From positions 14,882,001 through 14,946,000 of the forward strand of contig NC_087245.1 in NCBI RefSeq assembly GCF_037042905.1: a stretch of DNA of 64,000 nucleotides, written 5' to 3'. How positions within the stretch are numbered: the stretch's first letter is position 1; the number at the start of each line of letters is the position of its first letter. The notes beneath the pieces were generated by a model. That model did no database searches. It saw only the letters and a list, made by a program, of their open reading frames with translations, and had not been told where the DNA came from. A program made the position numbers and the translations under genes. Source of the stretch: Lytechinus pictus (Eukaryota). This document shows positions 1 through 13,100 of this stretch, one piece after another.

Positions 1-104
1 AACCACACATGAAGATGAGAGGTTGTATCAACTTGCATGACAGATGGTCTCTCCCACTTCTGTGTGGGAACAAATTTCAAATAATGTTGGAGAGGAAAAG
101 TTGT

Positions 105-420
105 AGGCCCGTGTTCTGAAGTCAGGTTTAACTTTATAGACCATGGTCTAACTCTGCGCTGAAATTATGTGAAGCCATAAGTGTCAAATTTTTTATCAAG
201 TTGTATGTTTCTTATGTTTACTGTGCTCTTTCCTGATTCATCGATGGTGAAGACGATCATCTTTTTATACTTCCTAGACAATTATGAATGATTTGAGAGC
301 CAAATGAGCTGAAATATAATATCTCTACCGTTAGTGATTTATGTAACAATTGGCTATCCATACTTAAACCACAACTTTAAACTTGAGTTTAAGTTAAACC
401 CGACTTCAGAATACGGGCCT
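105..420. mobile_element. Non-autonomous TIR element (PIF/Harbinger-like MITE)
   Basis: ~27-bp TIRs GGCCCGTGTTCTGAAGTCAGGTTTAAC / GTTAAACCCGACTTCAGAATACGGGCC; no clean TSD; superfamily inferred from GG..CC termini only. Confidence 0.7.
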
Positions 421-3400
421 GAGAGTCTACATTATTTTCATTTTCACTGGGCGCCTTAGAGTCTACAATATTTTCACTTTTAATGGGCGAGTTTTATTGT
501 GGTGCTATCCCGGTGCTATACAAAGGCTCTGTGGCAGATCCCGGAGTGGATGTCAATACTCATCCCACTGTTATGATGACTGTGTATCATGAATAATAGA
601 TTGAGCTACCAATTAATCAGAATGTGTTATTACATGTACTGTATTCAGATGAATCCATCACCATCCAAACAATTAACAATTCCAATTTTATAACAAACCC
701 AGAGTCCATGTTAGACAACAATATGTCCTCCTAGTTAATTTTACAGTATATTGATACATTTACGAGCCACATCATTTCATTTCATAATTGCATAATTTTT
801 TTCTGCCTTTTTTTTTTGGGGGGGGGGGGGAATATGTTTGTTTTTTCATTCTTTTTTTTCTGAGGACTGTATGATTACCTGTAAATATTGTAACTGCTTT
901 TGATACATTATTTTATGTTTATATTTTGTTCTTGTTGACCAAAAAACAAAGAATATAAAGATAAATTAAATCCAAGAAACATAAAAAGGATTCAATATGA
1001 ACCCTCCTCCCCCCCCCCCCAAAAAAAAGAATACATTCATGTACATAATGTTATTGCTACCCTTAAATTGACTAGCTACTGTACATGTACACACATGCAA
1101 CAAAACCAATCACACCAAATTTCCTACTTTATCAAGCAATTACAATGCCCTTTTGCTGTAAAAATTATTTAACTAAATCACTCTCAAACCCTTAAGTTTA
1201 TCGCAGATTAGCATTGAGGTTTCCTCTTATGTCCAGTACATGTATGATCCTTGTAACCTGCCATGAGAGCCAACTCTCATCCTTTATAAACTTGACCACA
1301 AGAGGGTGCTGTGCCATGAATAATTTGAGGAAACATACATGTACATGTACAGGTTCGCTTGCCTCTTACAGATAGAATAAGTGAATACATTGCACCTTGA
1401 ATTATTCACAACAAATGCATATGATTGTGTTAATGTAGATCATTAACACCCCCCCCCCCCCCCCCCCGCCCCACCAACTAATGTTTTTAAGCCTGGAATA
1501 CTACAAAATAATAGTACAGAATGCCAATTACATGTATAATGATTCTGCAATTAGCAATGTTAATAAAATTCAAAGTTTTTACTATGTACAGCAAAATCAA
1601 TTTTAAATTTCAATATACAGATAAAATTTATTTCAGTCATTATTACCATTTTTTCTCCTCAGGTTGACTAATTTGACTAATTGACTTTGTCTGAAAAAAC
1701 CTTATTTCTGACTAGAATCATGACAATACATGGGTACATGTAGAAATACATACATGTACATGTAATACACTGATACGTAGAGGCACCAAATTGAGGTCAT
1801 TTAATAGCTATGCCATTTTTTTGGTTCTTGCACATTATTGCTATTAAAACAATGTTTCAAATTTGATGTGACATAAATAAACTTTAGGATGATTTCATCC
1901 AGTTCATCGACTTAAATGACTTTGACAGTATGATAACCATACACTGAGTATAATACATGTACATGTGTACATGACCTTTAAAAGTTATTGGCAAGAAGCA
2001 CGCTAGCAAAACAAACTGTGACTTCAAAAAATAACAAACCTCTGCCTGCTTCAATAGAGTGAAAAATTTGCCATGCATCTGACAATATTTATGAAGTCGT
2101 CTGCTTGTCTGGTTCATGCATATTTTCAAGGTTGAGAAAAAAATTTACAGTTCAAGATCTTCATGTACCACTATATCATGAAGCATTCATTGTATATTCA
2201 TATTTAAATTGTAGCTGACTGCTGACATAACAAACAAATAGGCCTACATTGATGTATGTATATTACCGGTTACCGACATGCATTTTCAAAATTTAAGCCC
2301 GAGTCGATTCTGCACTTACATGTAAATACCATTCCTTGGTTGCCAAGCCCAGTGCCATTTTGGCTCTAAGGATTCATGAACATGTAACTCATGCCATGAT
2401 ATCATAATCCTTAGTAATTCCTCACTACAATTTTATTCATCCATGTGTATGTCTAGAAAATCATACAAGCTTAAACAATGTGAGAAATAAAGAATAGGCA
2501 TAATTATAGAGAGATTGGAGGTGGAACAAGTCTGAATACTGTGATTTTTTATGACACAAGATGGTGGTTATTTACTAGAATTCATGCGAAAACTACTGTT
2601 GTTGAGATCTGTTGCTGAGTTTGTGGGAACAAAACTGTTACAACAGAAACCAAAGGTCTATTCCCATTAACTGAATATTATTTCACTCTGGTATAAATGG
2701 ACCTTTAATAAGTGCAACATACAAATACAGCAGCTGGTCTAGCTATGGGCTAAACATTGATTCATTTGATCATAATTGCTTCCAGGGATCACTGAATGTT
2801 TCATCCTGTCCCAGGGGAAATCACAGTGGAATAAAGCATGAATAAGGTGTCACAGCTCTGCTTCAGATCCCTGACCCCTTTCAGATTACTAGAATCAGTG
2901 TACAGAACCAGTAGCCACATTCCCTTCCATTAATATTTCTAGTCTGAAACACAGGCCGGCTTCATCAAAGACCTGTTCAAGATAGAAACTGTGCCAATAC
3001 TACATACAGTATAGCAGGGCCACCAAAGAAACAACCTTCACCTGGAAGCTAAAAGATACACTGCATTTCTTTCCTTGAATATCACAAGCATACAAACTCT
3101 ATGACTCTGAAGTCTGGATGGAAATAAAGCATACCTCTGGGACCAAGTCTCTATTGTCAATCAGTCAAAAAGTGTGATTGTGTGAATGGACTTTCAATTC
3201 TGGAGTCAATACTCAATAGGCCTATATAAAATACAAGGAAAATGATTGGGGTTTTTTCTGTTTGTTTGAACGGCCCGAAATAACTTGACACTAATCTCGG
3301 ATTTACAAACCTATCAGAGTCCGCAAACTTCAAATCACAAATCAAGGCCATCTGGAAAGCAAAGGCAAAAATGTTGATGCAAAATAAGCCTGGCTTTGAG

Positions 3401-3499
3401 CCTAAAGATTTCTCCTCAATGTTAAGTTGAGGTGATCATCACCCCATTTATGTTTTCATTCAGTGACATGAGGATTGTGTGGGGAATAAAAATCGGTTT

Positions 3500-3915
3500 A
3501 TTTTCAATTGGTCTAATGTCAATTCATTCAATGAAATGACCAACTCGTCTACTATCATTCGCTCTACCATCAGTCGTCCACTATCCACAGGGCCTAATTG
3601 CCATTTCATCCATCCATCATTTCATCTAATAACCAGTTTGTCAAATGGCCATTTAGTCCATATACATGTATATGTCCCATTTGGTCTAATTGAACTAAGT
3701 GTTAATTGGGGGAAATGAATGAAAAGAAAATGGGTATTAGACCAACAGGTTATGATACAAAATGGTCATAGACGAACTAGTGAAAAGATGCAGTGATTAT
3801 TGGACCAAATGGTTGAATTAAATGAAATATTGATGGACGGAAAGGCATTTTAGATTAATTAAGGGTAGACCATGAGATGTGTGGACGAGTTGGCGGATAA
3901 ATTGACAATTTACTT
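3500..3915. repeat. Degenerate repeat rich in TAGACC/GGTCTA motifs; partial second copy at ~4685-4790
   Basis: AATGGGTATTAGACCAACAGGTTATGA..CAAAATGGTCATAGA occurs at ~3729 and ~4689; similar motifs at ~31210-31360. Confidence 0.55.
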
Positions 3916-4974
3916 CTTACTAAAAATCAACCAAAGGCTAATTACAGTGACATAAAATCCAGTTCCTGTATTTTGATACTAGTTTTCTTTATTCCAAAGT
4001 AAAATTTGAAATACATGTACATAGACACTGTGTTGTGGCTGAGAGCCCAGGGATTGCTCCGACAATGACATCATACTCTGCTGAGCCGAATTGCACAGAT
4101 TCTTCATATCAGGAGAGCCTTTGATGGATGACCAGCACGTGTGTGATGGACTTTACATCACATACAATCAGCTGATGACAGGGAAATACATGAACTTGTG
4201 CAGCAACGTCTTCAGTCACACCAATGAAACCGACTCCAGACCGACAGATGATATGCCATTTGCAATAACGTAATAGCTTTGATCGGTCTTGAGTTGAATT
4301 CATCTGTGTGACTGTAGCATACATGTAAGGGTGCATTCAAGCGATTTTCTTAAACTAGAAAGTCATTAATTAAGGAATAAAAACATAAACATACACTGTA
4401 ACAATAACCACCATAAGTGAAAGACACAGGCAGGCAAGTAAAGATCACAATCACTTGCCCGATTTGATTGGGAAGCGATGAGTTGAGTGCAGGACTTCCA
4501 TGTTTTTTACAATACATGTATTTCACCTTACAAACGCAATAACACAAATTCAACAACAAATATGTCACTACCAACTCTTGAGAAAACATTATCAAACATT
4601 TGAAACCAAGTCCTCAAAACTTCTGATAAAGAGCGAGTTTGTCTAGTGTGCAGACTTATTGTAATATTTATAGGCCCCTAGTTGACAAAATGGGTATTAG
4701 ACCAACAGGTTATGAGACAAAATGGTCATAGATGAACTAGTAAAAAAGTGCAGTGATTATTGGACCAAATGGTTGTTGAATGAAATATAAATTCAGTAAA
4801 AAACTTCCCCTATCTTTTCAGATGAATAACATGCCACTGCGCAGTTAATTCAGGGGAGCATTTCATTTCACTGACCATGCAATGTTTTATAAGCTACCAA
4901 AATCCTTGCATCTGATGGACCCTGATCAAACTAGATATATCACTGAAGGTGATTATTAATACCGTCGTCCTATG

Positions 4975-5660
4975 CTGTTACCATGGCAATGCAGTTTCAA
5001 ACACACTTGGAAAATTAAAATTGCATGTCGACCTTTACCCAAGATGTATGCGTGTGTAAAGTTTCAAGAGTAATAGGTAAACAAAAATCTGGAAGTAGTT
5101 TTCCTAGGTTTTTGCCAATAACATGTTGTTACAATGGCCACACAATTTCAAACATATTTGGAAAAGGGAATTTTAAATTATTATGTTTTTACCCAAAGAC
5201 CAATGTTGTTGCCAACTCTCATGAGCACTGGCCATAAACTGGGAAAGTATTTTGGTCTGCAGTGAGTTTTCCTGGGTATTTGGCGATAATATGCAGTTAC
5301 CATGACATGATTTTCAGCACATGCAAAACTATGTCTTGCACATCTTTACCTCAAACCCAATGTGTGATGTGTGGGCTAAATTTCATGAGAATTGGTGGAG
5401 AACTGATGAGGTATTTTTAACCACAAGATTTTTACTTAATTTTGATGTAACGTACCATTACCATGGCAACACAATTCAAACCTATGCGAAAAAAGTGTCT
5501 TGCACATCTTTACCCTAATAAAGACCAATGTGTCTTCCAAATTTCATGAGAATTGTTTACTACTTGAGGAAGTAGTTCGAAGCGCAAAATCGGCAACGCA
5601 CCGACCGACCGTACGCTGATTCCTATATAACCCCCTTCAAACTTCGTTTGGCAGGGTGTA
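4975..5660 (+). mobile_element. Helentron-associated (DINE/pearl-like) non-autonomous element
   Basis: Internal degenerate tandem units (GTTACCATGGCAA...AAATTTCATGAGAATTG), CCGA microsatellite at ~5601, and 3' end ATTCCTATATAACCCCCTTCAAACTTCGTTTGGCAGGGTGTA, an architecture typical of these elements. Confidence 0.55.
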
Positions 5661-6741
5661 GTCAGTGATAATCAATTCGATACATAGTTCATGAATTAGG
5701 CCACAATAAGATCATACGTGTAGAATCATCATTGACATATACATGTATGCATATTTCAAGCAATTTCTAACAACCATGGATCTTTAAGTTTATATTACTT
5801 CTAAACCCAGAGAAAAATCATTTAAATACAACCCACTTTTGAACTAAAACTTATTTTAAAAAGTGTGTTGAATATGAAACAATATTATGTAGGATGGATT
5901 ATGATTTTTTTTCACAGTTGCACTTGCATTGACCCCTGTGTCAGGAGGTTTACTTCAGTTACTTCAATCAAGGGTGAAGTAATCAGTCCTCAAAAAATAA
6001 GTTTGAATATACATGTAAGACTCTTGCCTCCCACCCCCCCCCCACGCTAAATGAGAAATTAATTAAGAATTACCTGTACACATAATTTTGTCTCATTTTT
6101 TGTTTATTATATCTGATTCAAATTAAAAGAGGTCTGATCATATATGCATCAATAACAACAACAACAAAATCCTTATGTATGTTCACATTACTGGTATATG
6201 TTAGAGAAAAAATTATCTGCAATCATTCCATTTCAAATACATCACTTCCCTAGTGTGAAGTCACTCCTGTGTGTATTTCTGGAATTGAAATTCTCACATG
6301 GTGGATTTATGTAGGGGATATGTAATGGAATTTGAAAACTGGAAAACAGATGTACCTTGGCATTGCCATCGGAATGGCTTCCACCCACGTCTTAATCTAC
6401 CTCACCTTCACTCGAAACTGAACACAATGCAGTAAACATGCCTGAGAATATCACCACTCAGATAATGTGTTTTTTTATACTTTTACCTCAAAACATATAT
6501 ATAATTGATAGGCCCACATGTATACCCAGAATACCCATTCTCAATGAACAGGTGAGTTCCACTGACTTTTCCCTTCTACCTTCAACTACATGTAACATCA
6601 ACAAGGACTCATTTATGTCGACTAAAACGCACATGTATGTATTATTTATTTCATTCATGATTTAATCCTGGGCCCGTCTTACAAAGAGTTGAGATTGATC
6701 CAATCAATCACAAATATGGAAAGTCATCATGTTTATTTAAA

Positions 6742-9428
6742 ACAAGTGGAGCGCCTCTGGCAGTCTCACCTGCATCACGCAATTCAATATAGCAGCAGTG
6801 CTGACTTTGAAAACTACTATAAAATAATTATTCACAAAAAACACCATTCATATATTGATACTATACTACGTTCATTGACAATAAATGACATTGGACCTTA
6901 ATCATGCGACCTAAGACTTGTCAGTGATACTTGATTACCCCTATATCCACATTTTATAAACTACCGGTATATCTACAGTGCGTCCCAAAAAAAACTATTC
7001 ACTTTTGAAATGGCTACCAAACAAAAAATATGTCACTCTGGGGGAAAACACTTATATATATGAAAGCCAATAGTCAATTTTCAGATGACACAAAAAAGTT
7101 GGAAAACTATTCATGCTTGAGTGAGCACTACCCACTTAAACAAAGGGTATGGAAATTAAGCTGGGCAGGAATTAGCCTTCCAATTTCTTTCAGTTTTTGA
7201 GATGCGAGTCCCTTGGAACTTGCAAAGTTAAGGGTGTTTTGATAAATCAATGATCAAGCATTATCAATTTAGGTTTTTAAAGCAAATTTCAAGAATGATT
7301 AAATTGAAATTTAATGCATGAGTGAACATGAAATACAATTCTTAACTTTTTCGAACACTTAACCCCCCCCCCCTCCCTCTCTCCCCCTTTCTCCCCTCCT
7401 GAGAGACTAGCCTTTGCTAGGGTGTGCAGGAATTAGCCTTCAAGTTGTTTTTTTTTAGGTGAGTCCTTTGGAACTTGCAAAGTAAAGGGTGTTATGCTAA
7501 ATTACTGATGAATTGAGATCAGTTTTGGTTTCTTAAGCAAATTTCACGAGTTACTAAATTGAAATGCAATGCATGAGTAAACAGGAATTGTAATTTTAGT
7601 GAAGCATTTTTAGTTTATTATGTGGATCTTATCAAGTGTGCTTGTTAGAGTCAGAGTGATGTGATGGTACCTGTTACATGCAAGGGGGTGAGATAGGGTA
7701 AGACTGGATTAAGGGGGCATTCTTCTTTGTGTTCTCTTACAAATTACAAATCATGTGCTCACCCCTGCCCTCCACCCCCTTTCTTTCTCCTGGATGGTAT
7801 TCAAACTTAAATACCAAATGACTTATGGTTGATGGGTCTTTCTTTTCCATTGAATGATTATAAAGAACTTGACTAATTATGATGATTTATGAAATAATTT
7901 ATTGAAAAAGTTGAATTTTTGATTGATAATTTATTGAAAAAGGTGAATATTTGATTGATCACATTGATTGAGTTGATTTACTAACAAATTGTTGATTGAA
8001 TGATTGATAGGTAAAAGTTGACCTAATTTCAGAATTTATTATCAAATTGACAGTCCGCTCTGGACTTAATGCATACATGTAATAGCAATCAGTCTCAATC
8101 TCAACAGGAGGGGGGAGGGACGGACCTGTAGGAGGGAGACTAAACGTTCTGTTGACCCTTTTCCCATCAGCTTATTTCACCCACTGAAGTCCTATCTTAC
8201 CCCTATTTTCCTGACTCCAATGAACACACTGCTGAGATCCACATTGTAAAGTTAAAATGCTGCACTAAAGATTGCAATTCACGCTCACTCATGCATGAAA
8301 TTTCAATTTAATAATTCTTGAAATTTGCTTTAACAATTTAAATTGATAATGAATGACCATTAATTCATTACAACACCCTAAGTTCGCAAGTTCCAAGGAC
8401 TTGCCTCTCAAAAACTGAAAGAAATCGAAAGGCTAATTCCTGCCCAGCCTTATTTAATTTCCATACCCTTTGTTTAAGTGGGTAGTGCTCACTCAAGCAT
8501 TAATAGTTTTCCAACTTTTTGGTGTCATCTGAAAGTTGACTTCATTGGCTTTCCATATACATATACATAGGTATTTTCCCCCAAAGTGACATATTTTTTG
8601 TTTGGTAGGCCTTTCAAAAGTGTATAGTTTTTTTTAGACGCACTGTATAAACTTTGAAAGTTACGACAGCAATCTAATAATTACCTCCAAAATGGCCAAA
8701 GTTCAATTACCTTAAATGACCTTTGACTTTGGTCATGTGACCTGAAACTCACAAGAGATGTTCAATGATTCTTGATTACTCTTATGTCCAAGTTGTATGA
8801 ACTAGACCAATAAACTTTCAAAGTTATGATGGTAATTCAACAAATACCCCCAACTTGGCCAAAGTTCATTGACCTTAAATGACCTTTGACCTTGATCATG
8901 TGACCTGAAACTCGCACAGGATGTTCAGTGATACTTGATTACTCTTATGTCTAAGTTTCATGAATCAGATTCATAAACTTTCAAAGTTATGTTGGTAACT
9001 CAACAGATACCCTCAATTTGGCCAAAGTTCATTGACCCTAAATGACCTTTGACCTTGGTCATGTGACTCGAAACTCAGGCAGGATGTTTAGTAATACTTG
9101 ATTAACCTTATGTCCAAGTTTCATGAACTAGGTCTATATATTTTTTAAGTTATGATGACATTTCAAAAACTTAACCTTAGGTTAAGATTTTGATGTTGAT
9201 CCCCCCAACATGGTCTAAGTTCATTGACCCTAAATGACCTTTGACCTCGGTCATGTGACCTGAAACTCAGGCAGGATGTTCAGTAATACTTGATTAACCT
9301 TATGGCCAAGTTTCATGAACTAGGTCCATATACTTTCTAAGTTATGCTGTCATTTCAAAAACTTAAACTTCGGTTAAGATTTGGTGTTGACGCCTCCGCC
9401 GCCGTCGGAAAAGCGGCGCCTATAGTCT
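6742..9428 (+). mobile_element. Helentron-like tandem-repeat element, interrupted by a Tc1/mariner MITE
   Basis: 5' ACAAGTGGAGCGCCTCTGGCAGTCTCACCTGCAT; tandem units containing AAATGACCTTTGAC(C/T)T(T/C)G(G/A)TCATGTGAC at 8714, 8877, 9040, 9232; GCC-rich 3' hairpin at ~9395-9420. Confidence 0.6.
6976..8645. mobile_element. Tc1/mariner-type non-autonomous element with long TIRs
   Basis: TA|CAGTGCGTCCCAAAAAAAACTATTCACTTTTGAAA ... TTTCAAAAGTGTATAGTTTTTTTTAGACGCACTG|TA; TA TSD at 6974-75 and 8646-47; imperfect inverted arms of more than 350 bp; no transposase ORF. Confidence 0.88.
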
Positions 9429-9571
9429 TATCATCTGTTAGTAGTCTTCATTTTCGCCTACCACGCTTATATTGTTAAAATATTTTTTTTAATAATCAGC
9501 ATTGAACCTCCAGACAGAATCCTGTAAAAATTTCCACGCTACCCCCTATCTTCTCTCAATCTACGAGTCGA

Positions 9572-10207
9572 AAGGTGTCTTGTTCCCTGGAAACATTGAG
9601 ACATAACCACCACTGATATAACATTTACAAATAAAAACTTGTTTTTATATGGAAAAGAAAAATCAGACAAGTTGATAGGTGAAAGTTTGAACAATATTGG
9701 ACAAACAACAAGAAAGTTATGAATTTTTAAAAGTTGTAAATATTGGTAATCGCTATACCCTTGGAGACTTCAAATTGGCAGCATTTGGGATGTCATTGTG
9801 ATGTAAGGCAAGGACTACTCTTCCATGTACTATAATACATATTATGGCTAAAATGTCATTTTTCCCAAAAGTTTTATTTCAAATTATATTTTTCTTTCAT
9901 GTGAACTTAAAACAATATACTACCTGGGTTATATTTAGATTACTGCCCCAGAGGAATGGGTACTTAGGAGAAAACCACAAATCCCTGATAATAAATTACA
10001 TGGCCTATGGGAAATTGTCCTTGCCCCTTGTCATAATTTACTTACTCAGTTGCCAATTTGAAATCTACATAGTATTAGTGATCTCAATTTTAAAGCAGCT
10101 ATAACTTTCTTATTGCTCGTCCGATTTCTTTCAAACTTTCACCATTCTGTTTAATTTATTTTTCTCCTTCCCAACACAACATTTTATGGCCAAGGCTGGA
10201 TTCCCCT
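9572..10207. mobile_element. Kolobok-like non-autonomous element (degenerate left end)
   Basis: Right end GGATTCCCCT|TTAA; internal inverted AAGAAAGTTAT/ATAACTTTCTT; same layout as 46432-50530; a related decayed copy at ~29366-29780. Confidence 0.5.
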
Positions 10208-10682
10208 TTAACTGAAATCCAGTACCAGGGTACAAAATAATTTTCATATCTTTTAGGGGCTACTTTATTGCCATATAGGTCCAATGGCTGAACTTTGGGG
10301 GCTATTTCTTAAATTTCAAGGGCTACTTTTTTCCCCAAGTGAGCAATTGTGCTGTAAAAGCACTATTCTAATGTATGTAGAATGTTGATTTTATAAAAGG
10401 ACAAGTCCACCCAAAGGGAACAAAAGGAAATAGTGAAAGAGAGACATCATCGAATCTCTCATTTACATGTCACTGAATTGTGCACATTTTTTTGGTGAAA
10501 ATAAATAAAACTTTTTAAAATGTCATAACTTTCTTATTTTATATTGCAGCAACTTAAGAAAAGATGGTTGGTCCAAAGCTTTCTATTTTTGCAAGTTTTA
10601 GGGCAATTTTGACTGTCATGAGGGCGAAATCCCCTGTCGCCTTCATACATTTTCTACAATGTGCAATTGCAGGGTGGTATAA

Positions 10683-11879
10683 CATACCTGCCAACATTTG
10701 GAAACCCAAAATCTGGACAACCACCGGCCGGGGGTCCATGGGGCCGCCTAGGCCCCTGGCGGGGTCCAGGGGCAGCGCCCTTTGCTGAAGCTGTTGGATT
10801 TTAGCAACTTTAAAGACCAAGGGAAAACAATTTTCATACTTGAAATGAATGTATTGAAGGTTGCAAAATCTTTTGAAATACACTGAAATACAAGTGGGCT
10901 TGTACATTTTTATCATTTGTAATTTATTTGTAATTTATTGTAATACAACAGCAAGTCTCTTAATTTTGATGTCACCCAACATTTTGCACTATTTACACTA
11001 GACATATACCTACCTTTCAACTGAACTTTTATTCTGTGGAACTTGAGTAATGTCTACGTTTTAGACCAAAAGCTTCAGTCTCTGTATTTTGATTGTTCCG
11101 CTGAACTGCGTTGGCTCACTCACCAATACATAGACTGAAGAGCTTGGAGGCCCGTACGTACATACAACGTATTAGCAGTAACGTTAGATCTAACATTCGG
11201 CGGAAACCCAATTTTCCGATCGTTTTTTTAACATAAAATGTCACATTATGGAAAAAAAATTTCATTCATATTGACGAAAAAATGTATAAAATTCAGAAAT
11301 ATCCTACCTTGGACCGCAGTTACCGCTAATTCCTTTCAAATGATGATCGAAACATCGTCATCTTCGATCCTTTCGTTGGTCAACGTATTAAAGTTGCCTT
11401 CTTGGATGACGTCATCATCCTTACAGACGTATTTACCAGTCGCTATATATCGCGATTTGTGCCGCTGCTTTGCATTTGTAGATGTGCGTGCGTTCGGAAC
11501 TTGTCACTCGCATTGATTCGCCATGATATCGAAAATTAATCGGAAAGCCTTGATAAAAGCACAACTCATTGAACGTAGAGGGCAGCAACACACGGCTGAC
11601 ATTTTTTCATCTCCGGCATGTATTACCTACATGTATTACGCACTGCTGAACGCTAAACTGCAGAGTGCATACTGTACACACGCTGTGTGAATCGCAGTAC
11701 GTAGCATAACATGAAAACAAATATGCCGGTAATATGATGACGCCCTCTTTCGGTTAAGTTTACAATATCTTTTTTTTCTCACATGAAATTTCAAAAATCG
11801 GGACGTCCCGATTTTTGGCCATTTTTTTAAGTTGTAAATCGGGACGATCCCGATAAAATCGGGACAGTTGGCAGGTCTG
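10683..11879. mobile_element. hAT-like non-autonomous element carrying an exon-like cargo
   Basis: TIRs CATACCTGCCAAC / GTTGGCAGGTCTG; subterminal AAATCGGGAC repeats; flanked by GTATAA duplication (10677-82, 11880-85). Confidence 0.8.
11308..11524 (-). pseudogene. Decayed first-exon-like fragment inside the MITE
   Basis: ATG at 11524 to AAG|GTAGGA donor in one frame: MANQCE*QVPNARTSTNAKQRHKSRYIATGKYVCKDDDVIQEGNFNTLTNERIEDDDVSIII*KELAVTAVQ, two in-frame TGA. Confidence 0.4.
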
Positions 11880-12118
11880 GTATAATACTAAAAATTATTT
11901 ATAATTACGTAATAAATTTAAGTATAAATTTGTGAAATAATAATTTTTATCTATAAATTGTTCTTCAAGACGGCATTGCTAGCCGGAAGTACGTCATACA
12001 TATGCGGTTCAAGGGTTGACGCTATATTGACTATTGTATTTCCGTTGTTTACATGTGGATCGAGGGGTCAGGTCTACGTGGCATCAGTTAGGTAAGAAAC
12101 CTTTATTTTTTTCATGAT

Positions 12119-12578
12119 GGTGGGCCCCAAGTCTGCGCACCTAACAATTTGAGTAAAGATTTAACATGAATTTCTTCATATTTCACAAAATCTTTCAGTT
12201 ATAATGTTCCTTATATTATCATGAGTAAGTGTACCAAATTTCTCATTAAAAAATGAAAGAAAATATAGTATTTACTTGAAAAAACCTCGGGCAGTCATTT
12301 TCAGATTGAAAAAAAAAATGGTACCCCATGTCTGCACACTCATTCACTTTGCACACGATTCAGGAATTTTGATGAGAAAGGCTGCATTTTGAGGTCGCAA
12401 CATGAAATGCCCTAAATTTATAATTTTTCCACCATTTTGAGTCGGATTTTTTAATGAATACCTGTCTATGCATTGCATGTGTAAAGTTCATGCTCGTTGC
12501 ATATCTTCTTTAACTAGAATCGCGCAGATACGCCTGTGCGCAGACAAGGGGGAATGCGCAGACTTGGAGGAACTTGCC
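12119..12578. mobile_element. Small TIR element
   Basis: CCAAGTCTGCGCA (~12127) is inverted against TGCGCAGACTTGG (~12556); exact ends uncertain. Confidence 0.5.
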
Positions 12579-13091
12579 ATACATTTTTATCTAACATTTT
12601 TTAAAACCTTCCTACGCATTAGGCGTAGCCGTAGGAAGGTGTAGAAATGAATAAAATAAACGTATTTCACGCGATTCTGTTATGAAAAGATGGATTTCCT
12701 AGGGAAATCCATCTTTGTTTACTTTGTTCTCTTACAGTTACATGTCTATGAAGGCCTGTTCAAGACGTCAATGATGAAGAAGTATATGACAGGATTTTAA
12801 ATTTAAAAGTCATCATCATTGCGTCCTCAAGACTATCTGATCCCCGCCCCTTTTTACCGCCCATGGTCCGGGCGTGCGGAGAGGAACAACGACATGTACG
12901 AGTTCATGCCGGGTCGGCCCTGCCTTTGGCTTCGCTCAAAACTGTCTAATGCCTGGCAATGCACTCTGCAGCTGCATCTGCTCAGCTCAGCAGCTCATAC
13001 ACCACACCACATCACACGTACGGTACTGTACCGGTATCGTTGCACTGAGTGCACACGCATTAAAAACATGGTGAAAATGCAAGTTCCTTAC

Positions 13092-13100
13092 CTCATCCAT
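13092..13100 (-). CDS. Probable first coding exon (Met-Asp-Glu) of an unidentified gene running left out of the window
   Basis: Minus strand TCAACA-ATG GAT GAG|GTAAGG: good Kozak context, strong donor, in a CpG-rich region; no downstream coding exon identified with confidence. Confidence 0.55.

Noticed and set aside
3135..3351. Minus-strand exon-like segment (TTTGCTTTCCAG|ATGGCC ... GAG|GTATGC) as exon 2 of the MDE gene
   Set aside because: Splice signals are plausible, but the phase-0 frame stops at 3157 and the peptide resembles nothing I recognise; could be a non-coding or cryptic exon
11308..11524. Selenoprotein reading of the two in-frame TGA codons
   Set aside because: No redox motif or SECIS seen; lies inside a MITE; CGA>TGA decay is simpler
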